Positions 11,685 to 24,100 of a stretch of 64,000 nt of DNA are shown piece by piece; position 1 is the first letter of the stretch; every line of letters begins with the position of its first letter. The position numbers and the translations under genes were made by a program. Source of the stretch: Adineta vaga (lineage: Eukaryota; Animalia; Rotifera); NCBI GenBank assembly GCA_021613535.1, contig CP075492.1, forward strand, positions 6,572,001 through 6,636,000, read 5' to 3'. A model generated the notes under the pieces. That model worked only from the letters and a program-made list of their open reading frames with translations. It ran no database searches and had not been told where the DNA came from.

Positions 11685-13937
11685 ATGAATAGAAAATATA
11701 ATCTCATAGTCTCATTGTTATGGATCATATATTTATTTAAATAAAAATCTAAAATGAAAATATTGATATTTACATGACTTTCAAACTATTTTCATGTAAC
11801 TATCGATCTGCTATTATACCATCGAGTTGCCCCTACACAGTAATCTCTCCAAGAAAAAGTGTGAACGATCAATGTTTACTTTTGAACGTGCGGCATCATG
11901 CAAATAAAGGCATTTTTGTTTGACATACCTTTCTTTTCTCTTACTTCGATACTCACATTCAGGTTTTAATGCTCGACGACGAGGACGCCAATAGCTAACA
12001 TCCCTCCAAAAACTATGAGATGATGGTGAAGAATAGGAGGGAATTGTGTGTGTGTGTATGGAGGTTGACGTCCGTTTTTGTTCCTATTGTTATTATTATT
12101 ATTATTCCCTAAGAAGAAATTTGAATACAAGAAAAAAAGAAAATGACGAGAACAAACGATCATGGCCATGACAATTGCATGCAATATGAGTGTGAAAATA
12201 TTGATTAGGTATTGGCAAAGCAAGCCAAGAAATGATTGAAAACTAGTGTACGTCATCACTTCTAGAAAATACTTTTGTTATTCCTATTCTTCAGAAAATA
12301 AATGTGGAAACATATTGAACAACAAGCAATTTAGCAGAGAACATCGTGTGTAAAAATCGGATTTCTTTTTTTCTTTCTCTACAACTACGAATATCTTTCT
12401 CATTAAGACAAAATGACAGACTTTTTTGCATTTCTACGTACGAATACTAATTAGAAAAAAGTGAATGGTTAAAAGCATATAAATTACTGTTTTCTATTTG
12501 TTTTCCTAAAATAACGGAAAAGGAAGCGGAATTAATCATTAAAATTACTTTCGAAATTTTATGTGACAAATCAGCAAAGACATCCGTTTGCTATAAATTA
12601 TTTGAATGGCACACTATTGTCTAAATAATTCTAATCCCCAAAGAACAATAATCTTCATAGAATAGAGAAAGAAAACATTGTTCTATATAACTAAGAATGC
12701 ATGAAAGCTATCCTAGTATCTATTGTAGTTCATAAGAACATTCTAGAGAAGTGTCATAAGTGTATGCACTTAAAACGATTATTACAAAAAAAAAGTAATC
12801 GATGTTTAGTCACTCGCGTATAACTAACAAGAACTTATCTCATAGAAAACGATTAGCACAAAATATAAAGAATGTTTTTCATGAAAGATATATGGTCATG
12901 CATTCTCTGTCTCATAGTAGTATAGAGTATGAAAAAAACCTCTCGATATTAACAAACTTTTAATGCCTAACATGATCTTTCTATAAATTTATTTCAAATG
13001 AAATGATTTGTTTTGTTGTCAAGAGAGTTTTCTTTTCTAAAGAAAATATCTCGTAATTCTGGACAACTATAGTCCATTCTTTTTGGACATTTTTCACACT
13101 TAAAATTTGCTTAATAGAACCGTATAGATAAATAATAGAATTTTTAATTTTTCTCTTATAAATGAAGAAGAAATTGTCCTCATTGCTTTTTTTTAATCTG
13201 ATGTCTTGCGAAGTAAAACATCGAAAAATCAATGTGTACATTAAATACATTCAAAGTCATATTTCATTTGATTATTTTCAGAAGCCAAATGAATTCAATT
13301 AATCAAAAGTTCGAAAATCATTTGTATTTCATTAGATTCTTGTATTAAAAACGCAACTAGGATACAATTTTGAACCGAGACTTTCTCGATATTGAACGTC
13401 ATCTATGTAGATGAACAACGAGTGGTTGATTGAGTTGTTGTTTCCTGTTCTTTCTAGACTATTTGAATTGTGTCGTCGTCACTCGTCGTCGTCTCGTCGT
13501 AGGAGGTAGAAAATGTATGGGCGGGACGTGTTTGTCATATTTGACGTTCTTGTCTTTTTGCTTGATTCACTAACATTATTCAGATTTATTTGCTCACTTT
13601 TGACACTTCTTCAGATAAGTGCATGGAATAGAAAAAGTCATGTGGTCAAGTTATTCATGTTTTCATATTACATGACTTGACGTCAACATACAAAAGAGCA
13701 TTCGCGTTTTTCTCTGGAGAAATAGAATTTGAAAGAAGCTTTTCTTTTCATTTTATATTTCGATTATATCACACAAGAAAAGTCAACAGAATAAAAAGAC
13801 CTTCCAATCATTCTCAAAGGACATGTCATTTGCAGCTGATCTGAGATTTGAATTAATAACTCATAACTAGCAAATATTAAAGATGTTTTATTCTCCTTAC
13901 TATCTACGTATCGTCGTTTTTCTTTTTGTAGATAATC

Positions 13938-15290
13938 ATGGTAGAACAATCTTCATTATCCGAAATAATGCATGATCATCGAAATGATTTAAGTGATGCT
14001 AACAGTGTTGATTCGTACGTGTTTTTTGTCTTTAATACTTTCATGGAGAAACAATAATTTTTCTTTCAAGAGCATTTAGTATTGATAGTGGAGTTGTCAC
14101 AACTCAGGAAATCAATGAACTTGATTTTTCGTCAACTACAACAGAAAAATTATTTCATGAATTACAACGTGTTAAAGAAGATTTGAAATTCAAAGACCAT
14201 GAAATTCGTCGAGCAAATGAACTACGTGAAAATACTGATCGAGAAATTGAAGATTTAACATCATCATTATTTGAAGTAAAAATTTAATGTAAGAATAAAA
14301 TTGATGATAACAGTTCTTTCTAGTCAGCACATGCGATGGTTGATCAAGCAAAACAAGCACAAGTAAATACTGAACAAAAATTAAAAGTATCAAATCAAAC
14401 TGTAAATATGCAAAAGAAAGATTAGCTGTAATTGTAAAATAAATGAGTTTATTCTATTCTAGATTGAAGCACTTGTTCTTGAAAATGTTCAATTGAAAAA
14501 ATCAGTTAGTGAATTAAAACAAATCCTTAATTCTTGTCGAACATCACTGAATATGTCCGATGATCAGCACAATGTATGTTCAATTTTGATTGAATGCATC
14601 GAAATTCAAGTTCAAATTTTAGGTTGATGATATGTTATTACGAGAATTTACATGTTGGGATGAAAAACCATCGATTGAACGTGATGCATCCTTATTTATC
14701 TATCGAGTTTATAACGAAGATATTTTACCATGTTTATCATTTCCAAATATTGAAGTAGAAGAAAAACAAAGCCTAGAATGATATATTAATTTAAATTTTA
14801 TTTGTAGCTTTCATCAAAAGTTCTCGAAGCAATTGAAAGCAATAATATAACGATGGAAGTGTGCCATTCCTTTGGAAATATGAAGTAATTTATAACGTGA
14901 ATTCATACGGCAAAATCTAACATACTTTATTTAGAATGTGTTCATTAATGGGAGAACTTTGTCAATGTGATTATCGGATTCGATTAAATGAAAATAGTTC
15001 ATGGTATTTAATATCACGTTTAGCACGCAATCGAGTAATGACATATTTTTTGTTCTCTTTTCAATAAAAAGATCTGTTGTTGGTTATTTTTTTCTAAATA
15101 GATTGCGAGTGTATGCGATTTCTTTACATTTATTCGACATGTCCAGTCAGGTTTAGTTAAAAGTTCAAGTATGTCAATTGAATGACTCTTCTGGATGTTT
15201 ATTTAAATGTTTCTTTATTTAGCGGTAATTCGTTTTAATAAAATTCTTGAATTACGAAAACAAATGGCATTTGCACGTCTTGGATTGTAG
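13938..15290 (+). CDS. RAB3IP: Rab8/Rab3 GEF of the Rabin8 (RAB3IP/RAB3IL1) family, Sec2 domain; 9 short exons, missed by the ORF track
   Basis: Spliced translation contains REIEDLTSSLFESAHAMV (Sec2 motif), EDILPCLSF, CSLMG...YRIRL...WYLIS...RNRIASVCDFFTFIRHVQSGL and LRKQMAFARLGL*. Confidence 0.9.
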
Positions 15291-16415
15291 ATGAATGACG
15301 AGCATTTATTTATGAATGTGTGTGATCTCAGATTTATATTTTTTATGAATTTTTTGTCTTCCATTGAAATTTTATATGTAATTGTATTTAATGCAATAAA
15401 TAAAAAAAGAAGAAAAATTTAGTTAGATGAAGAAATATTTTTTTAACAAAAGATTTTAGTCGCTTTAAAAGGCACAGATAAACATAAGGAAACCACTAAA
15501 ACAATTGTATTGCATACGTCATAAAAAAAAGAGTTACTTCCTTTGGATAAACGAAAGCGGAAGTTCGTGTGCTTTGGAGGTGTATTTGACACATCATATT
15601 TTTTAGTACAAAGTAGATTTATGTCAATATTATTCACTATTATCAAATAGTTTGAACACACTTATGTTTTCAATTAAAAGAAAGAATATTTCTATCTTTT
15701 GAAGCATGAAATCAACATTCTAACATGTGAAACGAAGCTTGTAGATGAAAAATAGCAAATTTAAAAAGTTTTCATCATATCGTATTAACTATCGAAGTGT
15801 TTATCAATGAAAACCTTCAGATGTTAATCTTAACATAAGATGATTCGTCTAAAATTATCATATCATATATTTCCTAAGAAGGTTTCATCCTGACTTCGTA
15901 CTAATCAAAACAAAAACTATTCAAATACCTTATTAAACCATATCGATACAACATGAAAGATGATTTCTTCACTATCAAATTCTATTCTATCATATACACA
16001 CAAATAACTCATTGAATATGTATTATTGACTATAATTCAGAGTGTAATAGTTATCACCTATGAAATGATCCTGAATAAACCACTAATGCCCAAGATGGTC
16101 TTGAATAATTTGCTCTACATGACGCAAAAAAAAGAAAAAACGAAAGAATTTGGCTGCTTGTGAACCCTATTAATCATTGCGACTGGTCCTTGCGGGAGAT
16201 TAATATTATTATATTTTGAAGCATATACGAATTACTTTGCTACATAACGCATTGCATTTGATAAGAAACGTCCGTTTTTATTATACAAAAAAAAGTAAGA
16301 AGTATCCGACCGACATTGAGATGAAAGAATATCTGAGTTGAGCAATATTTGATCGAGAGAAAAAAATCACAGGAATAAGAAAAGAAAAAACTCTACTAAT
16401 TTATCATGGTTTATT

Positions 16416-17241
16416 TCATTCTGTTTCTTCCATTGAAACTGTTTCAAGTTTTGCTTGACTTTTGGCTGCTTCAATTTTTTTATCATGTTCATTTAATTTT
16501 TCCATTAAACGATCTAATTGTTCTTGTCGATCTAATAAAAAGAAAAGATATTTCTCTCTGAGAATGATTTCATTGAAATTTTACTTGTTTCAGCTGTATT
16601 TAATTTTTGGTTGATTTTTTCTTGTAATGATTGTCGTTCTTCTTCGAGTTTAGCTAAATTTTGTTGAACACTAGCGAAACCTTTTTCAATAGGTGCTTTG
16701 GCCTTTTCAACTTTAGCTTGTAAAACACGTTCACGATTTTCTTTAGCTGATTCAAGTTTTTTTTGTAATTTTTCCTCGGTTTGTTTACGAAATTCTAGAA
16801 CATTCAATCAAACAAATTTTTCTTTTCATCAACTCATCCAACTGATCATACCTTCAGCTTGTTGATCTTTAATTTTACTGATTTCAACTGGTCGATTATT
16901 TTCTGCTGCAAGTAATGTTGCACGAAGTTGTTCCAAACTTAATCGACGCTCTTCAGCACGTTTCAATTTTTCTGTTATACTTTCTGGTGTTAATGGTGCT
17001 GTTAAATCAGTTTGATTTCCTTTTGTACTTGGCGAAAGAAAATGTAAAGGTGGTTGAACTGTACCATGACGTGGTGATTCACCGATTTTAACTTCAAATG
17101 CAAGACCACCGGATGATTCAGCTAATGTTGATGAATCTGTTACTATTGTTGTTGTTGTTCGTTTTGGTGCTATAAGATTAAGAGAATGTTTTTGTAAAAG
17201 AGAACAATGAAGAAATTGATTCATTAAAACTCACTTTCCAT
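16416..17241 (-). CDS. Stathmin-domain (tubulin-sequestering) protein, 4 exons
   Basis: 7-nt first exon ATGGAAA|gtgag, then SGGLAFEVKI...SP...SITEKLKRAEERRLSLE followed by repeated coiled-coil KLE.A.ENR units. Confidence 0.82.
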
Positions 17242-17300
17242 AATGATAAGATAGAAATGACTAGTCAATAGAGAAGAACAAAGATATCTGAAAAACAAAA

Positions 17301-17660
17301 TCAAGATTTTTGTAAAGGAGGATTGTATTCCCTTTCAAAACGTTTAAAGTCTTCTTCAGTGAAAATTTCTTCTTCTTCTTTTTTCTTTTTCTGTTGAGAA
17401 TTTCGTTTCGAAGGACCACCAAATCGATAGTTATTAATTTGTTCAATTTGATCCGATGTAACGACTGGTTTTGAAAGTTTCTTCAATGTTAAACATGTTC
17501 GTGCCAATTGTTTTCGATCTTGAAATTTCGTTGATTCACTTTGTACGGATAGATTTCTTTTCTTTTTCTTCTTTATCGAATTGAATTTGTTTTTCGATTT
17601 CATTTCATTGTCGTCTTCATCGATTATTTCCAAAGCTTTCTTGACAATTGATTTCGACAT
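17301..17660 (-). CDS. RPS19BP1: AROS / RPS19-binding protein 1 (active regulator of SIRT1) family
   Basis: N-terminal MSKSIVKKALEI and C-terminal IFTEEDFKRFEREY match the family's two conserved ends (MS..L.R.GLEL; VFTEEDF..F..EY). Single exon. Confidence 0.8.
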   Translation of the reverse strand: MSKSIVKKALEIIDEDDNEMKSKNKFNSIKKKKKRNLSVQSESTKFQDRKQLARTCLTLKKLSKPVVTSDQIEQINNYRFGGPSKRNSQQKKKKEEEEIFTEEDFKRFEREYNPPLQKS

Positions 17661-17876
17661 TTTTTCTTTGTTTAGGTCAAAGAATAATATCGTATCGATA
17701 TCGATCTACGAAGGCAAACCTGCCTATACATGCGAGAATTAACCAATAGAAATGCATTAGAAAACTAACACATCTATGCACTTGGAGGTCAATATATAAA
17801 ACATTTCTTTCTCTCTTTTCTTTCGTAGATTGTAAGTTATTCATTCATTCATTTACAGAAATTACATTCTAACGAT

Positions 17877-19424
17877 ATGTCGGGTCGACACTCACGAAAT
17901 CTTAGTGCATCACTTTATATTCGTGGAATTTCGGAAAAAGTTCGGTATGTTAATTTGAAAAATTTTCTTTTTCATTAGTTTTCCTCAATTATTACTAAAA
18001 TGGAATCGATTCCCCAAATTAAAAAAAATGATTGAAATGAAAAACGCATGGCTTTATGTTTTTCTATTATTTGTCTGATTTATTTTCTTTTCTCTTTCAT
18101 AAGGTGTGTTACAAACGTGATCAAACAAATAACTAAAATCACATATATACACACACACATACATACATATACACAGTCCCATTCTTTTGATACAATACTA
18201 TCCAAGCAATTATTTACACTCTACAAAATTCTAACTAAACGATCAAGCAATTTCCAAAAAAAAACTATAAAAACTTTTTTAAACTAAATTCCCAGACAAA
18301 TTTCAAAGAACAGACAAGGTTCAATAAATGAGATCCATTTCAGTACAAAGTGGTGATGATATACCAGACAGCATCAGCAGTTTTCAAAGCAAAATACAAC
18401 CAGTAGACGTATGCATCATATCATAGCTTTTATTAGATGGAGCAGACTTTCGAGTTGAGAATTCGTTCGAATTTACTTTCCCTATTTCTGAATGTTGTCA
18501 TAGATAGATCAAATAGATATGTTTTGTTATTTAAATCAGACATTACGTTTATAATATTTGTTTACATGTCAATTTCATTTAGTTATGACGATTTAAAGAA
18601 AATCTTTGCAAGATATGGTCGTATTGTTGATATCACACTTCCATTAGATTATTACACACGTGATGCAAAAGGATATGGTTTTGTTGAATATGAAGAAAGT
18701 CATGATGCTGGTAAGTGAAAACGATTTGATTTGAAGAAAATGAAAAAGAATGATTTTCATTTTGTAGAAGAAGCACGTCATGCACTTGATCGTTATCGAT
18801 TATTTGGACGAGAACTTGAAGTTGAATTTGCACGTGGTGATCGTAAAAGTAAGTTTCATGGATTAACAATGATTTGCAGGAGAATTATATTCTTTTGAAT
18901 TTTCTAGCACCATCAGAAATGAGAGCTCGAGAAAAAGAAGCACGCCATGGTGGTCGCGGTGGTGGCGGCGGTGGCGATTATAATCGACGTGATCGATCTC
19001 GAAGGTAAGTTTTTTTTAATTTTAATTGACCGAAAAAGAATGATTTCATTGATAATATTTAGTCGTGATCGTCGTCAACGAAGTGGTTCACCCGTTAGTA
19101 GAGATCGACGTCGCGGTGGTACACGATCACGTTCACCCTATTCACGTTCACCTGTACGACGACGGTAAGTTAATCGTCGGTGATGATCACACATAGTTGC
19201 TACTCTCGACCTTTTGAGGAATGACGATACAACTATTCCACTAAGATCTCTGAGACGATTAATGATTTTGTTTTCTTATCTTTTTTAGGGAAGGTGGTGG
19301 TAGCCGTTCTCGATCAAAATCAACTTCGCCAGCTTATGGTAAACGTAATGGTGCAGGTGGTGGTAATGCAGGCGGCAGTGGTGGTCGTCGCATCAGTCGA
19401 TCACGATCACCACCAGATAATTAA
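17877..19424 (+). CDS. SRSF10: SR splicing factor, SRSF10/SRSF12-like (RRM plus RS domain)
   Basis: SLYIRGI..VR|YDDLKKIFARYGRIVDITLPLDYYTRDAKGYGFVEY..DAEEA...ELEVEFARGDRKTPSEM, followed by RS/RSP repeats; 6 coding exons. Confidence 0.9.
19170..19262 (+). ncRNA. SNORD24: Box C/D snoRNA U24 (SNORD24/snR24) in the last intron of the SRSF10-like gene
   Basis: 9-bp terminal stem TTAATCGTC/GACGATTAA, box C GTGATGA (19180), C'-like ATGACGA (19221), box D CTGA (19250). Guides TTGCTACT and CCACTAAGATCT are complementary to the conserved LSU rRNA stretch AGAUCUUGGUGGUAGUAGCAA. Confidence 0.9.
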
Positions 19425-19826
19425 GTCCAGTCTCATTCGATTCGGAAATTTCAACTTGCGTTTTTTTTTCTGTTTTCATGTCTGCGTTCGTAACTCTTCT
19501 CTATATGTTTATCATTAAACAAGAAAGACAAACAACCCATACATGCTTTTTCTCTATGTGTAGTCTAATCGACTTTCTTCCTCTGCTTCTTCTTTGTTGT
19601 TTTTGTTTATTTGATTCTTTGCACAACAAACGCATTAATTAGCTTTCTTGTTTTTTCATATTACTCAACATTTGATGAAAACTGAAAGAAAAAAAACCGA
19701 AACACATTTTGTCGTTTATCTATTGTCAATGCACATTTTTTGATTGTGTAATAAAAATATTACAGAAAATATTTCTTATTCTATTTCATAAACTATCAAT
19801 ATAAATCAAATATAAAAATAAGTTTA

Positions 19827-20921
19827 TTACGTAATATTCACAACGAACTTTCCTTTCATAGTTGGACTTTGATAATCTTTAATTAGATTTGTTGCTGCTT
19901 CTTCGAGTGTATAAGATTTAATTTCACTTTGAATACCATGTTCAGTAACAAATTTCACCATTCGTCGAGCACATTCAATACTAGCCAGAAGACTACCTTT
20001 GAGAGTGATATCTCGGAGTAATAAATCAATTGTATTTACGGGTATAGGTTCTCGTGCAACGCCAACAGCAACAATGATTCCATGTTTATTAGTAATACCG
20101 AATGCATATTGATATGCTTGAATAGGTTCCGCAAGAACAACACTTGCATCAACACCTGGATATGGATGTTTTTGTGTTGAATCGAGTGTTTTGATTTGAT
20201 GAAGTGCAGTAATTGCATCTGTTTGATTTGAATTAATCGTTAGATCAGGTACATATTTTAAATTTTGTGCAAGTTCTAATGGTTCTTGACGATTATCAAT
20301 GGCAACCACTATTAAACCCATACATTTAGCAATTTGAACTCCTAAATGTCCTAATGCACCAAGACCGATAAGAGCAATACGTTGTCCTTTCTGTAATCCA
20401 CATCTTTCAATAGCATTGAAGACTGTAGCACCTGCACACATCAATGGTGCAGCTTGTTCAAATGATATTTCATCAGGTAATGGTACAAGCCAACGTGAAT
20501 CAGATTTTTGATATTCAGCAAATGCACCATTCATTGACACACCAGTTGAATAGGATTTTTCACAATACAATGGAGTATTATTCAAACAATCAGGACATTG
20601 TTGACAGACATTATTCAAACTTAATGCACCGACTCGATCGCCAATTTTGAATTCACTACTCACTTTCTTACCCATAGCAACAATGACACCGGCTGTTTCA
20701 TGTGATGGTATTAATGGTAATGGTTTTGAGTTCACTTTAAACATTCCATCACGAACAAGTAGTTCTGTATGACAAAAACCAGCACTTTTAATAGCTATTA
20801 AAACTTCATAATCATCTATATCTGTTGGTACAGGAACATCGATATCAAAACGATAATCCGAACCATATTCATGTAAACGAAGAGCTTTCATCGTTTTTGG
20901 TGGGTGTATTATGTCAGTCAT
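19827..20921 (-). CDS. Zn-dependent medium-chain alcohol dehydrogenase (MDR), intronless, fungal-like
   Basis: GFCHTE, SHETAG, structural Zn cluster C..C..C.......C, AAPLMCAGAT and Rossmann GLGALG. Confidence 0.92.
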   Translation of the reverse strand: MTDIIHPPKTMKALRLHEYGSDYRFDIDVPVPTDIDDYEVLIAIKSAGFCHTELLVRDGMFKVNSKPLPLIPSHETAGVIVAMGKKVSSEFKIGDRVGALSLNNVCQQCPDCLNNTPLYCEKSYSTGVSMNGAFAEYQKSDSRWLVPLPDEISFEQAAPLMCAGATVFNAIERCGLQKGQRIALIGLGALGHLGVQIAKCMGLIVVAIDNRQEPLELAQNLKYVPDLTINSNQTDAITALHQIKTLDSTQKHPYPGVDASVVLAEPIQAYQYAFGITNKHGIIVAVGVAREPIPVNTIDLLLRDITLKGSLLASIECARRMVKFVTEHGIQSEIKSYTLEEAATNLIKDYQSPTMKGKFVVNIT

Positions 20922-21133
20922 AGTTATGAAATGAAAATAGAAAGATAAAACTACCCTAGAAAACGCTCCATAACTTATCATTTTTTGTTTTATTCCAATA
21001 AGGAGTTGCTATGATGACTCATGAGATAAATAAAATAGGCAAACCATTCTCGAATACATAGTTTCATTTTTATATTTAAGAAGAAAACAACAGATAGATA
21101 AATAAAAATTAAAAAAACAAACAAATTAAGTTA

Positions 21134-24100
21134 TTATTTTGGATTATCTGGACGTTCTTGAGCGAGATTTAATTTGTAATAAATACCATGCTGTTGAAGT
21201 AATTGTTCATGAGGGCCACTTTCTTTAATCTGCCCACGATCTACCACACAAATTTTTTCTGAGTTTCGTATTGTTGATAAACGATGTGCTATCGTAATAC
21301 ATGTTCGACCAGTTCGTGCTTGATCCAACGCATCTTGAACGACTTTTTCACTCTTATTATCTAATGCAGATGTAGCTTCGTCAAGAAGTAAAATCTTTGG
21401 ATTGCGAATAAGTGCTCGAGCAATAGCGACTACAAATATCATGAAATATATATATATATATATATTTATTCGTGAATGAGATCAAAGAGACTTACTTCGT
21501 TGTTTTTGTCCACCAGATAATTGTCCACCTTTCGCTCCACATGAAGTACCATATCCCTAAATAATAAGGTTTTAATAAAGATTTTTATTTATTCAAAGTT
21601 TCAACAAACCTCCGGTAATGACGCAATTAAATCATGAATATTTGCTTTTTTTGCTGCTAGTTCAATATCGTCTTGTGTTAATGATCGACTATTATCACCA
21701 TAGGCAATGTTATCACGAATAGAAAGATTAAAAAGAACAGGCTCTTGTTGAACAAGACCAAGTAATGAACGTAACCATTGAATATTTAATGTTTTCACAT
21801 CATGTCCATCGAGAAGAACTGTTCCAGTCAATGGATCATAGAATCGTTGAATTAATGCAACTGTTGTAGATTTTCCACTACCAGATGGACCTACTAAAGC
21901 AGTTGTTTCACCCGGATTACAAAGTAAATTAAATTGACGTAAGATACGAAGTTTAGGCCGAGCTGGATATCGAAATCGTACATCACGAAATTGAATATTT
22001 CCCGTCACCGTTGACTAAAACAAATAATTTAATAGATAAATGAATGAATGAACTTTCATCGAAAATAAGTTTTACTAGTTTAATGCCCGATGGATCATCC
22101 GGATCAATTTTCGATTCACGTTTTTGTAATTCAAAAATACGTATTGAACTGGCTTTACCCCTCGAATAATTCGGTACAAGTGATGCACTACGTCCAACAG
22201 ACATTGCAGCAAAAGTGACAACACTAAATACTCGAAAGACACTTGCAAATTCCATTTCTTTGCTTTTTACAAGTGTAATACCGTAACCAAATGATGTAGC
22301 ATGAACTAGAGAAATAAATTCGAAAACAATGTCAATCATAATGAAATCATTCTTACTGAAATACATCAATGAATTAGCGAGAGCATTTGCAAAGGCGATA
22401 TAATGAAGATAGAGCATACGATTTCTACAATTCAAAAATGAATATTTAGTTGAATGTACTAGCTCTAGGAAACATACCGAAAATCTCGATCGAAAGCTTC
22501 TTTGTACAAACGAATGAATCGATCTTCCTGATGAAGTGATACAACTGTTCGGATATTTTCAATTGCTTGTGTTGCTTGCTAAATAGAATTAATAATCTGT
22601 TTTTTTTTCTTGAAAAGTCAATCAAATAAACAAACAAACATACTTTTCCACCATCTTCAGCATCCGATGTTGCTGATTTTTTATTTCCTGATGCTTTAGA
22701 AAATTGTTGACCTTGAATAATACCTGTAAAAACCATCAATGGTGTGAAACAAAGTATAACTAATGTTAATTTCCATCCAGCAATAAAACTAATGACTAGA
22801 GCGGTAATAACAGCTCCGACAGCATTAAGAATTGCACCAAATGTAGGTCCAGTAAAACCTTTCAATGCTGCTGCATCAGATGATAATCGTGTTACTAATG
22901 CTCCCAAATTATTTTCATCTAAGTCAAACCATCCAATTTCTTGTCGAAGCATACTTTTAAATGAAATAATTCTCATTCGCATTGTTAATTCTTCTCCAGC
23001 TTTAGCTAACGTTACTGATGATACAAATTGACTTAGTGCACCTGCAACACCAACTAAGAAAAGTACATATGTATACACTCGTATTTGATCTTCTTGTTTC
23101 TGTGGATCTGGTTCTGCTAGAGCACCGAAGACTTCAGAAAAAATCAATGAAAATGCCTAGAAAATGAAAGTCAAACAATGTTTCAGAATGAATCGTAACC
23201 AACCGGTGTAATGCCACCATAAACAAGTGAAGCAAATCCACCCAATAAAAGATAGAACCATTCGGGAGCATTCAATCGTATGACTTTCAATAATGTTGGC
23301 ATACGAAATTGAAATCGTTTTTCTTTCTGAGCATCAAGATCTAAATCATTGCCAACTTCGCTACCAACATCTGATGTGATAGATTTAGCTGAAATAATCG
23401 ATGAACGTCTTAATGATATTGACATTCGACGAATTGCACTACGTGGTTTAGCTCTCGTTGATTCCGTTGCTGCTCGAGCTAAGTCTTCTTCAAGTTCATC
23501 TTCAAATTCATTATCAACTTTTTCTTTTTCTTTTTCACTTTGTGCAGTAACTAATTCATAATAAAGTCCTTTGTGTAGCATTAATTCATTATGTGTGCCA
23601 TATTCAACAACACGACCATGATCTAATCCAACAATAATATCAGCATTTTTTATTGTACTTAAACGATGAGCAATAACAATTGTTGTTCGACCTTCTTTGG
23701 CTTTATCTAATGCATCTTGAACAACTTTTTCACTTGTATTATCTAAATATGGAACGATATTTATCATTCAATTATTACTCTGATCTGTGATAGTATACCT
23801 AGAGCAGATGTAGCTTCGTCAAGTAACAATAGTTTAGGATTAGAAATCAAAGCTCGAGCAATAGCAACTAGGAAAAATTTAAAATTGATTGATAGATTTC
23901 AATTATATATATATATATATATAATCTCATACCTCGTTGTTTTTGTCCACCACTTAATTTATCACCGGATGAAGTTTTATAATCCTAAAATAGAAAACAT
24001 GAATAAATTATGTTGTTTTTTTATATTTCTTAAGATTTTACTTGTGGTAATTTCATGATAAATTCGTGTGCATTGGCCATCTTTGCAGCAGCGATAACTT

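Noticed and set aside
11966-13250. ORFs 11966-12259 and 12981-13250
   Set aside because: They run through microsatellite and AT-rich intergenic sequence with no coding bias; the first probably overlaps a 5' UTR exon of the RVxF gene.
14190-14393. Minus-strand ORF
   Set aside because: Antisense to the spliced Rabin8 gene.
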